40,613 bases of DNA from Octopus bimaculoides (taxonomy: Eukaryota), in the NCBI RefSeq assembly GCF_001194135.2, contig NC_068984.1, positions 16,275,352 to 16,315,964 of the forward strand, read 5' to 3'. Below are positions 11,881 through 23,299 of this stretch, piece by piece. Below the pieces are notes generated by a model, which had not been told where the DNA came from, did not search any database, and saw only the letters and a program-made list of their open reading frames with translations. Position 1 is the first letter of the stretch. Every line of letters begins with the position of its first letter. Made by a program: the position numbers and the translations under genes.

Positions 11881-14149
11881 GTATGTATACATTGGTTATG
11901 TATACAGTACAAAATTGGGTCCTAACTCGAAACTATTATTTCTACAAACCTCTCATCCACTTAAATATTTGTTGAATCCCCAAATCAATAACGCCGCTAA
12001 TTACTTTAGTTTAAACAATTATCCAAGACTATTGCTTATAATTTAAGTTTTCTTTACTTTTCAATATATGTAATGTCATTTTGAAAACTTTGCATCTTGC
12101 CACTTCGACTGTCTTCTTACAACTGAAACAACGACAGCAATAATAACAAGGGGAAATTAGAATAACGATGAGATAAACTTGGTTAGTACGTGTTTATTGA
12201 CTTAAAATATACACAAAGAATTGATTTAATTGCACTGCGAGTCAATTAAATGTCGTTTGAATGTTATCGCATATAATCAGTTCTTAAGTCAGGCTATGTT
12301 TAGCATCAACTTTGACTAATGTTGTGTTCACTTGGTGAAAGAAATAACCTGTTACTAGATTATTTTATATTGCAATTGGTGAAAAATAGCATCGTAGGTT
12401 ACAAGCTTCCAGCAGACCAATCACCAGCTCATTTCATTGTTAGTAACGAGGATGACTAGGAAGGGTTTTTCACTCACTGCCGAACAAATATGGCCAAGGA
12501 ATTCGTTCGAAGAGCGACAATTTTTCAGTCTTCTCGCCGATATTTGTATCTTTTGCTGATGTATGTCGGAGAAAAACATATAGGATGCATTGTTCTGTTA
12601 TTGGTAGATCAACAAAAAAATAAATATAATTTAATATAGACAGGAGTTAAATGCGAGCTACTATAAGTTTCATGTCTCTGGTAATACAATGTATAGTTTG
12701 TCGTATATTTTCAGACAATCATTCAGGCTCGAACTAAAACATGGCCACTCGTTGAGAAAAAGCGAGAAAGATCGAGAAGAAACGAGAAAAAAGTAAAAGA
12801 AAAAAGTGGATTGAGAAAAAAGAAAAAAAAGCAGAAACATAGAGGGAAAAGGAAATAAGTGCCATATCCCTTTGGCTCACAAGAATCGAAATTAATACGG
12901 TTGATGCAATTAATTCAACGGGGAAACGTTAAAGTTTGTGAGACTACATGTTTAATAGGAGAGGGTGATGTTTTCAAGTTCTATCATAGAAAGTTGTCTA
13001 GATGGTTATATTTTATTAAAATTTCGGACCCAGATTTCAGTTGGCCGATAAAGCCTTTAGATCTAAAAAGGATATGAGATTTTTCGGTTGCACCTCCTTG
13101 ATCCATTAACGTTTGGGCATGGATCATTCAACATTGATCTATTTAATAGGATGTGGTGTATTGTAGTCCTTTAAATCTCAGATATGGCTACTTAACTTTG
13201 TTTTTTGGTTTTTTTTTTTTACCTCAGCTACGTTTCAGAAAGAAGGCTGGTGATTGACACATCTTTCTTTAAAAGTCACTTTTGTATGGAGCGATATATT
13301 TTTTTCTTTAGAATTTCATTATTTTGGAGTACTGAGTGACTTCAGCTTCGTAAACCAAGTGCTTTCCTCTTTCTATCTCGCATTTTCTCAAAGTGCCGCC
13401 ATGTTGTATTTTGAGTAAGAGTGCTTGTCCCAAAATATCTATCAGGAGTTGATCCTTGGTACCTCTACACTTACTCTTGCAACCCTTCTGCCCATGTGGC
13501 AGGGCTCCATTTTTTCCCAGATGTTTTTCCTATATTTAATTTATTAGGTAGTGTTTTAGTGTGTTTTATTTTCTTTTTCATTGAGCTTCGTTTCGTAAAA
13601 CCAAAATTGATCGAGATGAGATTAGATCAGAAATTAGAGAAACGGTGCTTAAAAACTAAATAATTAATGCTATTTATATTTTGCTGTTCCACAATTCCCA
13701 CGTGTGAGTGAATGTGTGTGTGTATGTTTCGAGAGAGATAATATTCTTGTCTTCTTCAACTTTGCCAGTTGTTAGCAGAAACCACCTGTTGTGCTCTATT
13801 ATAAATGTAACTTGCAATGAACTCTCTTTAATGTTGTCTTTTCTGCTTGTAATTTCTTATTCTATTATTTCCGGCACGCTGACCATACAGTATGACCGTT
13901 AAGTCTACTTGGCTGTGTTATTCAAACATTCGTGACATTATTCAATCCACCAGCAAAGAATTATTTCAGTCATTCATAGCAATTATGTCTCCGTAACCTT
14001 TTCTTTTTAATTTATGTAGAGTTTTTCATTTCTAATTTTAGGATTACAGACTTAAATGTTTTCTCGGTTTTGTTCGTGTCAGACAAAAACAGACACACTC
14101 GCATGCATGTATACAAATACTCACGAACGGATATGCACGCATGAAAAAA

Positions 14150-14487
14150 CACATATGTACGTACGTACGTACGTATGTACGTATGTATGTATGTATGTAT
14201 GTATGTATGTATGTATGTATGTATGTATGTATGTATGTATGTGCATATGTTTATATATTTAACGTTTTTTTGATGTCCTGTACCCATATATGCATGTATG
14301 TATACACATAGATGTAGGTATGTACATATATGTATGGATATATGCATATGTTTATATTAACGTTTTTTTATGTCCTGTACTCATATATGCATATATGTAT
14401 ACATATAGATGTAGGTATGTACATGCATGTATGGATATATGCATATGTTTATATGTTATTTATATTATGTATGTATGTGTCTATATA

Positions 14488-14520
<33 letters not shown>
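14150..14520. repeat. (TACG)/(TATG)n, a ~100-bp tandem duplication (units start 14243, 14344, 14441) and (TA)n
   Basis: Direct reading; the two full units are highly similar. Confidence 0.9.
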
Positions 14521-14749
14521 NNNNNNNNNNNNNNNNNNNNNNNNNNNNNNNNNNNNNNNNNNNNNNNNNNNNNNNNNNNNNNNNNNNNNNNNNNNNNNNN
14601 NNNNNNNNNNNNNNNNNNNNNNNNNNNNNNNNNNNNNNNNNNNNNNNNNNNNNNNNNNNNNNNNNNNNNNNNNNNNNNNNNNNNNNNNNNNNNNNNNNNN
14701 NNNNNNNNNNNNNNNNNNNNNNNNNNNNNNNNNNNNNNNNNNNNNNGGA

Positions 14750-15600
14750 CAGCAAAGATCCTGGCTGCATTGAGTTTGCGATCCCAAGAACACAAAGAAC
14801 CCTTAAGCAGTCCATGTCTCTTCAACTGTGTTACCGGTTGCCTTCTTTCGCAGCTTCTTAAAATCATGACTGTCACTGTCGTAAATAGAAAAGGACCACG
14901 ACACCCGACCAACTTAATTCTGACATCAAAATGGAATGTTTCATCATTTCAACACTTAACATTATTAATCATCTTTGTGGCCATCATACACTCCGTTAAA
15001 CCTACACTTCTCTCCGATGACATCATCAAATACAAGACAAATCAGAATCGATTCAGATCCAATCTTCTCAAATAAAGTACAAAAACAAAGTGTGATTTGT
15101 GTGAATAATACTCACTATATCGAGGATGACAATCAAAACATCCTCAGTGTCCTGAAATTTGCGTACAATTAAGCTAGGGTCTTCACCAGTCTCAGGAAAA
15201 CTTGGATTGTGTTTATATCAGCTTTAGAGAAGGTCGCCCCACAATCCTTAACCAAAAATCTGCTCGAAAGCGTCAGCTTTGACTATTTAGGGAATCATTT
15301 ATGACCAGTGCTAATATCGGTTATAAAACCTAACATTGAAGTATGCAGGACTACTATTGATAGACTTCAAATGTGAATTTTTATCGATTCGAAGTTATCA
15401 ATACGACGTTCTTCGTGTATATGGTAATGACCACCTTCTCTCTCTTGTACAAATCAGAAACGCTCGATATCTGAGCCAACTGGAGCACTTTTACCGGTTT
15501 TGCTTTCGTGGCGTCCTTAAGGTCAGACCGGAAGGACTACAGAATCAATGTAGTCTGCAGCGTACACTGTGTTGCTTCTCTGTAAAATATTTCATGCTTG
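14750..15600 (+). mobile_element. Decayed RTE-clade LINE reverse-transcriptase fragment
   Basis: Peptides across frames: GCLLSQLLKIM.., DDIIKYKTNQNRF, KLG..SLRKT, FDYLGN, SQLEHFYRFCFRGVLKVR, matching RTE motifs IYIRYRTDG..F, FGLTISLKKT, FTYLGS, LE.FHQRCLR.IL.I.W. Confidence 0.72.
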
Positions 15601-15779
15601 TAGAATATTCATATGAAGTACATAACATTTGTATCATGCATAGTATGTGTCTATTATAAAATCCATTTCATCGAGAAGACAATTTCTTGTGTGTGAGTTC
15701 CAATGGTAGTTATTTGGTCATTTCAGGCATAGAGCCTCGTAAACAGTGTTGTTCGATCACAGGGGTTTTTTAGTGTCAT

Positions 15780-15788
15780 TTATTATTA

Positions 15789-15840
<52 letters not shown>

Positions 15841-16150
15841 CGTCACTGCCTGGAATCGAATCCGGAATCTTGGGGTTATTAGCCCGCGCTCTTAGCCACT
15901 ACGCCATATGCCCGTGGGCATATGGCGTAGTGGTTAAGAGCGCGGGCTACTAACCCCAAGATTCCGAGTTCGTTTACAGGAGTGACCTGAGTAATGATAA
16001 TAATAACAACATCGGAAAATACCTTAGGAATGAGAACCCAGGTTCGAAATTTCCCCAAAACACCTGGAGGTATATCAACCGAAACGTTGTGTTAACAACA
16101 AACAAGATGTGGACAAATATCCGTCAAATGTAAATAATGAAAATAATGTA
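15780..16150 (+). mobile_element. Palindromic head-to-head tRNA-like SINE with (TAA)n linkers, a hammerhead-derived tail and a (TGTAAATAA)-like tandem end
   Basis: Inverted arms 15842-15913 and 15916-15986 (6 substitutions + 1 indel), each with A box TGGCGTAGTGG and a B-box-like GTTCG/TTCGATTCC. Confidence 0.85.
16059..16093 (+). ncRNA. Inactivated type I (Penelope-style minimal) hammerhead ribozyme
   Basis: AACAC-CTG--GA-GGT-atatca-ACC-GAAAC-GTT-GTGTT: intact 5-bp stem I, stem II, GAAA and palindromic AC/GU stem III; A6-N7 of CUGANGA are missing. Confidence 0.6.
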
Positions 16151-16600
16151 GAATAACTACCAGTTTAGTGATATCTTTGTCCCTCTTATTTATCAGGTAT
16201 TCGCTAGCTATATCATGTTCTTGGATAGCGACGGCATACATATCTATCGCATATCCAGGAGAGGCTATTCTTCCTGTTACTCTTATTGTTGACATCCAGC
16301 CTACGGGATATGTACCCATGTATTACTTTTTGCTGATATGATTCCTGCTTCTCCTCCAGGCTTCAGTCGAAGTAGGCCAGTCCAGCTTCCTTTGGGTCGC
16401 ACAGTTGTATTCTCAGAGTACCTGCGCAATAGTTATTCTCCAACTCTGAAGATATTGTTCTCAGTTTTGAGTATGCATGGAATATAATAATTTCTTTCTT
16501 TACTGTTCAGCAGTTGTTGCCTAAGTGATATAATGAGACATTCAAAGGCTGTTTGGACTAACCTACCGTGTCTGATAGAATATGTAGACATAATCACAAC
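16150..16600 (-). mobile_element. Decayed R4/Dong-clade non-LTR fragment (post-RT region)
   Basis: Minus-strand peptides QQKVIHGYISRRLDVNNKSNRKNSLSWI and YAVAIQEHDIASEYLINKRDKD resemble the R4/Dong W..K..HG / AIQEQ.I.T region. Confidence 0.65.
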
Positions 16601-16739
16601 GGCGTCTCACATAAATCCTGTTAGTGTTGCTGTTAATGTGTAAGTTGCCAGTGGTGGTCAAATGGTACTAATTCCTCAACCACTTTAATTTTATCGCCCA
16701 AGCACAGGAATGGCTTCCAGCAAACAAACTTCGATCACA

Positions 16740-16862
16740 AGTCTTTCAGCAACCCTTGGAATGATAGACAACATTTGCTCTAAGTGACAGTCAGTGCGAT
16801 CGAAATCGAAAAAAAAAAAAAAAAATCTGCGAAGCTAACTTCTTTACCACGCAGCTATGCCC
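16740..16862 (-). mobile_element. Decayed CORE-like SINE head fragment
   Basis: Reverse reads ggcatagctgcgtggtaaagaagttagcttcgc..., like the heads at 1240-1360 and 11160. Confidence 0.5.
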
Positions 16863-16920
16863 GGTCTTAAAACAGAAAGGCTGTATTTGATCACTGGTCC
16901 GCAACAAGAGAGGAATACCA

Positions 16921-17149
16921 GGCGACGAGCTAGCAGAAACGTTACCCCGCCGGGTGAAATGCTTAGCAGCATTTCATCTGCCGTTACGTTCTGAGTTCAA
17001 ATTCCACCGAGGTCGACTTTGCCTTTCATCCTTTCGAGGTCGATAAATTAAGTACCAGTTACGCACTGGGGTCGATGTAATCGACTTAATCCCTTTGTCT
17101 GTCCTTGTTGTCCCCTCTATGTTTAGCCCCTTGTGGGCAATACAGAAAT
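16921..17149 (+). mobile_element. Young full-length Meta-domain-like tRNA-SINE with 11-bp TSD
   Basis: B box GAGTTCAAATTCC and core gcctttcatcctttcgaggtcgataaattaagtaccag. AAGAGAGGAAT occurs at 16906-16916 and 17150-17160. Confidence 0.92.
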
Positions 17150-17802
17150 AAGAGAGGAATTTCGAGGTAAAACTGGGACCAATATTCAATAAAGTGTGAA
17201 ATCATATAGACTAGTGATGGAAATGAGGACAGAGTTAACCGAGGTGCGATACTTAGCAATTTTCAGTATTTTGTGTTGTTAGTTATCCTTTCTGAATTTT
17301 CTGTCAATAAAAACTTGTTTATTTATTGTGATTATGTTTACATATTTTATCAGTTCTCGTTATAAAACACATAATATTGATTTACAATACAGTAAAAGTT
17401 GTTCAGTAAGCTGGCTGGATCGCTGGAAGCTAGAGGAAAGAAATTGGCCACATAGTGGCTTTGTGAAAGGTGAAGGAAGTTAATGTGAGATCATACTGAG
17501 TGTGACTATCTGCATGTGTCCCGATTCTTGAACTTTTGTGTAACGATGAAAAGGTTTAGTGAAGTCGCCATTTGTATTTTATTATTCATTGCTATCGTAA
17601 AATCATTTTGCTATTCAATCATTGTCTATAATTTGATATTTGCTATTTGTATACAACATTTTCTATTTGTAACTGAGAAAAAGCATAAAGTATTAATAAG
17701 TAATTCTGGTGATGTATGACCTCTTATCAGGTCATAGCCCTGCATCGGTATCAATAAGTTTACTGGGTTATCATCAAAAGATTATTTCGCTAATCCCTTG
17801 TG

Positions 17803-18525
17803 AATTCCTCTCTGATCCCCGAGCTTAAATCCCGAATACATTCTTACCATTATACTTAGTTCCTACCAACACTGTTGTGGATTATGTACAATCTATAGAA
17901 TTATAGCTTGTTTTTAATTTAATCTTGGGCCATTAGTAATTTTTATTGGATGTCAGAGATTACACTGAAAATACCGTATTTCATTATAATAATTTTTAAT
18001 TAATTAATTAGTTAATTAGAAACTTCGAAAAATACGAAATAAATTGTTTTAACGGGGGTACTCGAAGAAGAAAAGGCATGTAACAACATCACAGGAAGAT
18101 TTCAACTTTTCTATGCAAAACTTTTTTTGAACTCGCTGTTTTATAAGCTATTGTTCTATATGCTTTATCTACTTCGAGTTCTAATGCCAACGCGATTTAT
18201 TAGAATATTTCACTTTTTAATTTATTTTTTATATCTTTATTTGTTTCAAACATTGGACTGCAGCCATGCCGGGGAACCCTCTTGAAGGGTTTAATCGAAC
18301 ACGTCGTCCCCAATACTTATTTTCTCAAAGCTTGGTACTTATTCTATCAGTCTCAAATTTCTCAAATTCCTCTCTGATCCCCGAGCTTAAATCCCGAATA
18401 CAGTCTTACCATTAATCTTACTTCCTACCAACACTGTTGTGGATTATGTAAAATGTATAGAATTATATCTTGTTTTTAATTTAATCTTGGGCCATAAGTA
18501 ATTTTTATTGGATGTCAGAGATTAC
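17803..18525 (+). repeat. 161-bp direct duplication (17803-17963 and 18365-18525), about 95% identical
   Basis: Ungapped alignment by eye gives 8 mismatches. Confidence 0.93.
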
Positions 18526-18590
18526 GTCCTAACCACATGGTGGTTAGGTGGTAACCTTTTTTACCATGCAGCTACGGTTGCAGGGAAATA
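18230..18590 (-). mobile_element. CORE-like (OR-type) SINE whose middle is replaced by the duplicated 161-bp segment
   Basis: Family tail at 18230-18350 and head remnant (aaccacatggtggttagg...ttttaccatgcagctac) at 18530-18575. Confidence 0.6.
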
Positions 18591-19049
18591 TTCCGTTTAA
18601 AACTAGTTTTGTCTTATTTGTACGTACAGAATTTTGAGCCCATTATGAGCATCAAAATAAATAAATAAATAAGTAAATGAATAAATAAATAAATAAGTAA
18701 ATAAATATGGAAGCACAACGATTCACCTATTCAGTATAGCTTCATATCAATCTTTATCAAGAAGGGGGAGGCCTCTCTGCTATTTATGGTAAAGTTTGTC
18801 AAATGGTTCTATAACAGCATTTGCATATTGATCATATTCAACACAAATGAAAACTTCATTTTGAACATTAAGGAGTGCTCTGAAAAAAAAAAAAAAAATT
18901 AAGTTGGATTCAGCAAAAGGATTCCGATAGTAATAATAAAAAAATGTAACCATTGTTCCTGATTTTAGCAAAAGGCCAGCAATTGTAAAGGCATGGATTA
19001 GTCAAAATCGCTATGCATTTTCCGATGCTCTAACGATTCCGCCAACTCG

Positions 19050-19270
19050 CATAATAATAATAATGATGATAATAATGATAATAATAATAATAATAATAAT
19101 AATAATAGTAATAATAACCACAGCACATACCCAAGGCACACAGAGTTGCGCTCGGTAGTGCAGTGAAAGCACGTTATAAAAATATAAGACTACTGAATAA
19201 TATAAATAATAATAATAATCATAATAATAATAATAAATAAATAAATAAATAAATGAATAAATAAATAAAT
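19050..19270. repeat. (TAA)n and (TAAA)n arrays
   Basis: Direct reading. Confidence 0.9.
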
Positions 19271-19364
19271 GAGCAAGTGTCTCCGCTGTGCCGCAAAATG
19301 CAATAGAGTGGGTGAAACCATTACCCATATCACGAACGTATGCCCTAGACTTGTCCATAACTAG

Positions 19365-19980
19365 AAGTTGTGGCGACACGATGTGGTAGCGAAAGTGCTA
19401 CATTGGAAACTGTGCGAAAAGTGTGGACTACAGAGAAGCAAGACTTGGTATGAGCACATATATCAACCATACATTATCCCTCAGTCCTGATGTATCAGAT
19501 GAGAGTGTCAGAGTCGGAGACTAGCAAAATTCTCTGGGATTTCCCATTCCAAACAGATCAGGTACTAAAGCATAACCGACCGGATCTAGTAGTGGTGGAT
19601 ATGATGCACCACATATGCTATAAATATATACAACCGAATATATTATAAATGAATATAAATAAATACATCCCTCTTAAGTACGAAATTGCCCGGCTATGGA
19701 AAATGAAGAAGGTGAAGACAATGCCAATTATTGTTGGGTCCTTGGGAAGAGTATCAGAAGGCATCAAGGGGAATATAAAGGAAATTGGAATGGAGTGCCC
19801 AGTAGAACTGTTACAAAAGGTTTGCCTCCTTGGCACGGGAAGAATAACCAGGAGATTATTAGATAACTGAAAAGAATGAATAGCATGGTACCGTAGGCTT
19901 CAGGTAGCAAGCCCGCTACGCATGTAAGACTCCAGAAGCTCCAACAAAACCTGTGATAAAGAGAAACAATAATAATAATG
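19365..19980 (+). mobile_element. 5'-truncated R4/Dong-clade non-LTR retrotransposon 3' end (restriction-like endonuclease)
   Basis: RHDVVAKVLHWKLCEKCGLQRSKTWYEH; KILWDFPFQTDQVLKHNRPDLVVVD; LKYEIARLWKMKKVKTMPIIVGSLG..LLQKVCLLGTGRITRRLLDN*; then a 3' UTR and an (AAT)n tail. Confidence 0.9.
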
Positions 19981-20009
19981 AATATATTTATAAACTAAAA
20001 GATTATCGA

Positions 20010-21270
20010 TGCCTTAGCCCTTGGTATAGAAGCAGATACAAAAAAAAAAGAACTATTGATTTATGAAGATTTTGATCAAACTTTGTGCTTTTGTGGAAAT
20101 TACTTTGGAAAATGGATTGGAGGTTAAAAAAAAATCTTGCAGCAGTTCTCCATGGATCTGTACAACTCAAAGGAAGATATGCAACATGGTTATAAACATT
20201 AAGTTGTACAGAAGATCAAATTTACATAATTCGGTTTATTTTCAATATATTTTGATGAATTGATTGATGTAGTTCGGTCTAAGAGCATTTGACCTTAGAG
20301 AAGAGTTCAAATTATTTTCGAAGATAGGTGGGACGGGACTTTTTGCATGGCTGAATGGTGAGAAGCAGATCATGTACCTCGCTCAGCTGATTGACATTTT
20401 TGAGCAGCTGAATTTCTAGATGCGATGAAAGAATACAAGCACCATAAAATTCATTGATTCTTTGAAAGTTCTCAAGAGAAAATTGGAAAATTTGGGAAAA
20501 AATTGTCAGGATAAAACATGTTGAAATATTTGAAAAACTGTCATTAATTCTTGTTACTGGTGATGAATACCAACATTTTCATAAATTCTAAATAAAATAA
20601 AGTGATAATAAAATAAAAATTGCAGCATTTTATATCAGTGGAAGATGAAATCAGCCGATATTTGAATTTAGGGATGACGAGCTGGATTTAGTACAAACTC
20701 AATTTAAATTCTCAATTGAAAAATTTTTTGAAGATTGTCGAGATGAACTTGTGGAGCTGAAGAATGACTCAATTGCAAGAGATATAATCGAAGTGAAATC
20801 AATCATAAATTTTTTGCCATTGATGTATGATTCCTCCTCAAAAGTATTGGAAGGATCTGTACAAGTATAGCTTCGATTTGTGTCAGTATGTCTTTCTGAG
20901 TTGGGATTTTCAGTTTTGTAGCAAAGGAAAATAAAACAATGAAGTCGAGTGTGACCCACATTTTGCGATTGCAAGAACTCCTCAGCATAATTAAGATTTG
21001 GCCAAGAAAGAAACGACCACATTCTTTCCATGGACTTCAATCTTCATCATATCAAAGAAATTACATGTTATTCAATTGAAATTTTCTCCTTACTAAAGAA
21101 ACATGCTTCCGTAACTTTACTCTATCAATTCATTATTTAAAGAAACACTACTTTTACGTTTTAAAATTGTAATTAAATTTATTAAAAAAATTTCATTAAG
21201 TAAATGTATATGTACTTATGTAGAAGAAATAGCTTTTTCAGTATCATATAGATATTATAAGGGGGCCGCT
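20010..21270 (+). mobile_element. Decayed hAT transposase remnant (Buster/Charlie, ZBED8/SCAND3-like)
   Basis: Peptides RAFDLREEFKLF, YLAQLIDIFEQLN and CLSELGFSVL match LSKG..L.R.F.LR.E, LAYL.DIF..LN and YLCE.GFS; many stops. Confidence 0.8.
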
Positions 21271-21458
21271 TTGTCGCCGTTTAATTTGCTAGAAATAGCA
21301 GCTAAGTCTACCTCTTAAACCACATCCAATCGTCTTAGAAAGAAAAGGCACTTAAAATTAGTGGGTCTCAAGCCATAAATCACAAGGGGTATGGAGGTAC
21401 GCGGCAGATTTCCAAATATAGAAGTATAAATTAAGGATATGAAAATCCATACTAATAA

Positions 21459-21893
21459 TCCTTTCTACTATAGGCACAAGGCCTGGAACTTTGGAGAAGA
21501 GGGGGTTGTTGATTACATCGACCCCCAGTACTTAACTGGTACTTATTTCATCGATTCCGAAAGAATGAAAGTCAAAGTCGACCTCAGCGGAATTTGAACC
21601 CATGACATAAAGACGGACTGAATGCCATTAAAAATTTTTGTCCGGCGTGCTAACGATTCTTATTTCTTTATTGCCCACAAGGAGCTAAACATAGAGGGGA
21701 CACACAGGGACAGACAAAGGGATTAAGTCGATTATATCGACCCCAGTGCGTAACTGGTACTTAATTTATCGACCCCGAAAGGATGAAAGGCAAAGTCGAC
21801 CTCGGCAGAATTTGAACCCAGAACGTAACGGCAGACGAAATACCGCTAGGCATTTCGTCCGACGTGCTAAGGTTTCTGCCAGCTCGCCGCCTT
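21459..21893 (-). mobile_element. Head-to-tail dimer of two Meta-domain-like SINE subfamilies
   Basis: Full copy at 21661-21893 joined to a 5'-clipped copy with a different tail at 21459-21660. The whole is flanked by ATCCATACTA(A/T)TAA at 21445-21458 and 21897-21910. Confidence 0.88.
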
Positions 21894-23160
21894 AATATCC
21901 ATACTATTAACGATTGAGCATCTTAAAAACTATGTTATTCATAATTTTGTCATACAAATATAATTAATAAACAAGGCAATTAACAGTTTCCTATTTTGTA
22001 TTCTAAATTTTGATTCTAAACAATTTTTTCTTTAAACTTTCCATGGGCAGTATGCCAGTGATTTTATATTGGATTTGTAATTTATTACGAAGACAAAAAG
22101 ACTGACAACTTCTGCGTTAGATAATCGAGTCATAGATACTAGAAATAAACATCCTCGATTTTCGAATTCGTCTTGCTTAGATATTTATTGCGTTTTTAAC
22201 ACAGCGTATCTATGAATAGATTTCTTCTCAGACGAAAATCACAGCATTGTGCCTTTCAACAGCGCGTATTTGTTAAGTATCATACATAGATGGCTATTTT
22301 AATTTAACGTTGTTTCAATTGTGTACACTGAGTTTTTACATTTATGATTATTATTATTTCGTTGTCTGCATCAAATATTTTCACTATTTTACAAATCATC
22401 CCGCAAATAAGTGGTTTAGAAATCTGGGATTGTTGTTTGTAAGATAAGAAAAATAAAATGTTCAAATACTGAAAATAGTGTTAACGCAATTTGCTAGGAA
22501 TTTGATAGGAATCGCGACGAGGACGCTTATGTCTCGTAACATCTTCACGGAAATTCAACAAGCGTATTATCACTATTCACGACTTCCTCCCACTTTCATT
22601 TGGCCATTTGCCCTCAAAATAACATCAAGTTAATTCTTTTTTAATATTTGTATCAATATTCCAGGTCCAATTTACTTTAGAGCAGAAGATCAATGAACGA
22701 GCGCTAATGTTGAGATTATAACTCTGTTCAAGTTCTAATGTAATCAGTTTTTAATACCAACGATATAGTTTTAAATTTAGAATATAAACAAAAATCCCTA
22801 CTTTTATTCATTGCAATAAAAACATGTTTGTTATTATTATGACAACATACTAACTCTATGAACATACTAAATCTAAATTATATCAAAAAAGAAGACAGTT
22901 TCATTAATTTAATGGTATTTCATTTTCAATTTGGCTCTACGCCAGATTCGAAAGCTTTCATCCTTTAACAATAATCGATCCTACCACAGCAATCCATACT
23001 TAATCTATCGATCTCTATTATGTTGTATTGCAGGTTTCTCTCTTTCAGGTTTCCAAACTGATTTTTGCTATTTATATTCAAATTGCAAATGAAGACATTG
23101 TTCTAAGACCCCCTGACCCTCATTTCGCTTTTTACAACTTTAACCTCTAGCCCGTGCCTC

Positions 23161-23161
23161 T

Positions 23162-23223
<62 letters not shown>
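23161..23223. repeat. (CT)n microsatellite
   Basis: Direct reading. Confidence 0.97.
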
Positions 23224-23228
<5 letters not shown>

Positions 23229-23299
23229 ATATTCACAATATGAGCACACACACACTTTGTTTTACAGATTAACACAAATCTCATGAAAAATACGAGTAA

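Noticed and set aside
12859-13077. Penelope-like C..TC..EG..F segment
   Set aside because: No downstream GIY-YIG motif; too weak.
15916-15986. Genuine tRNA gene
   Set aside because: A and B boxes are present but there is no acceptor-stem pairing or canonical cloverleaf; treated as a SINE head, as are the heads at 2891 and 28979.
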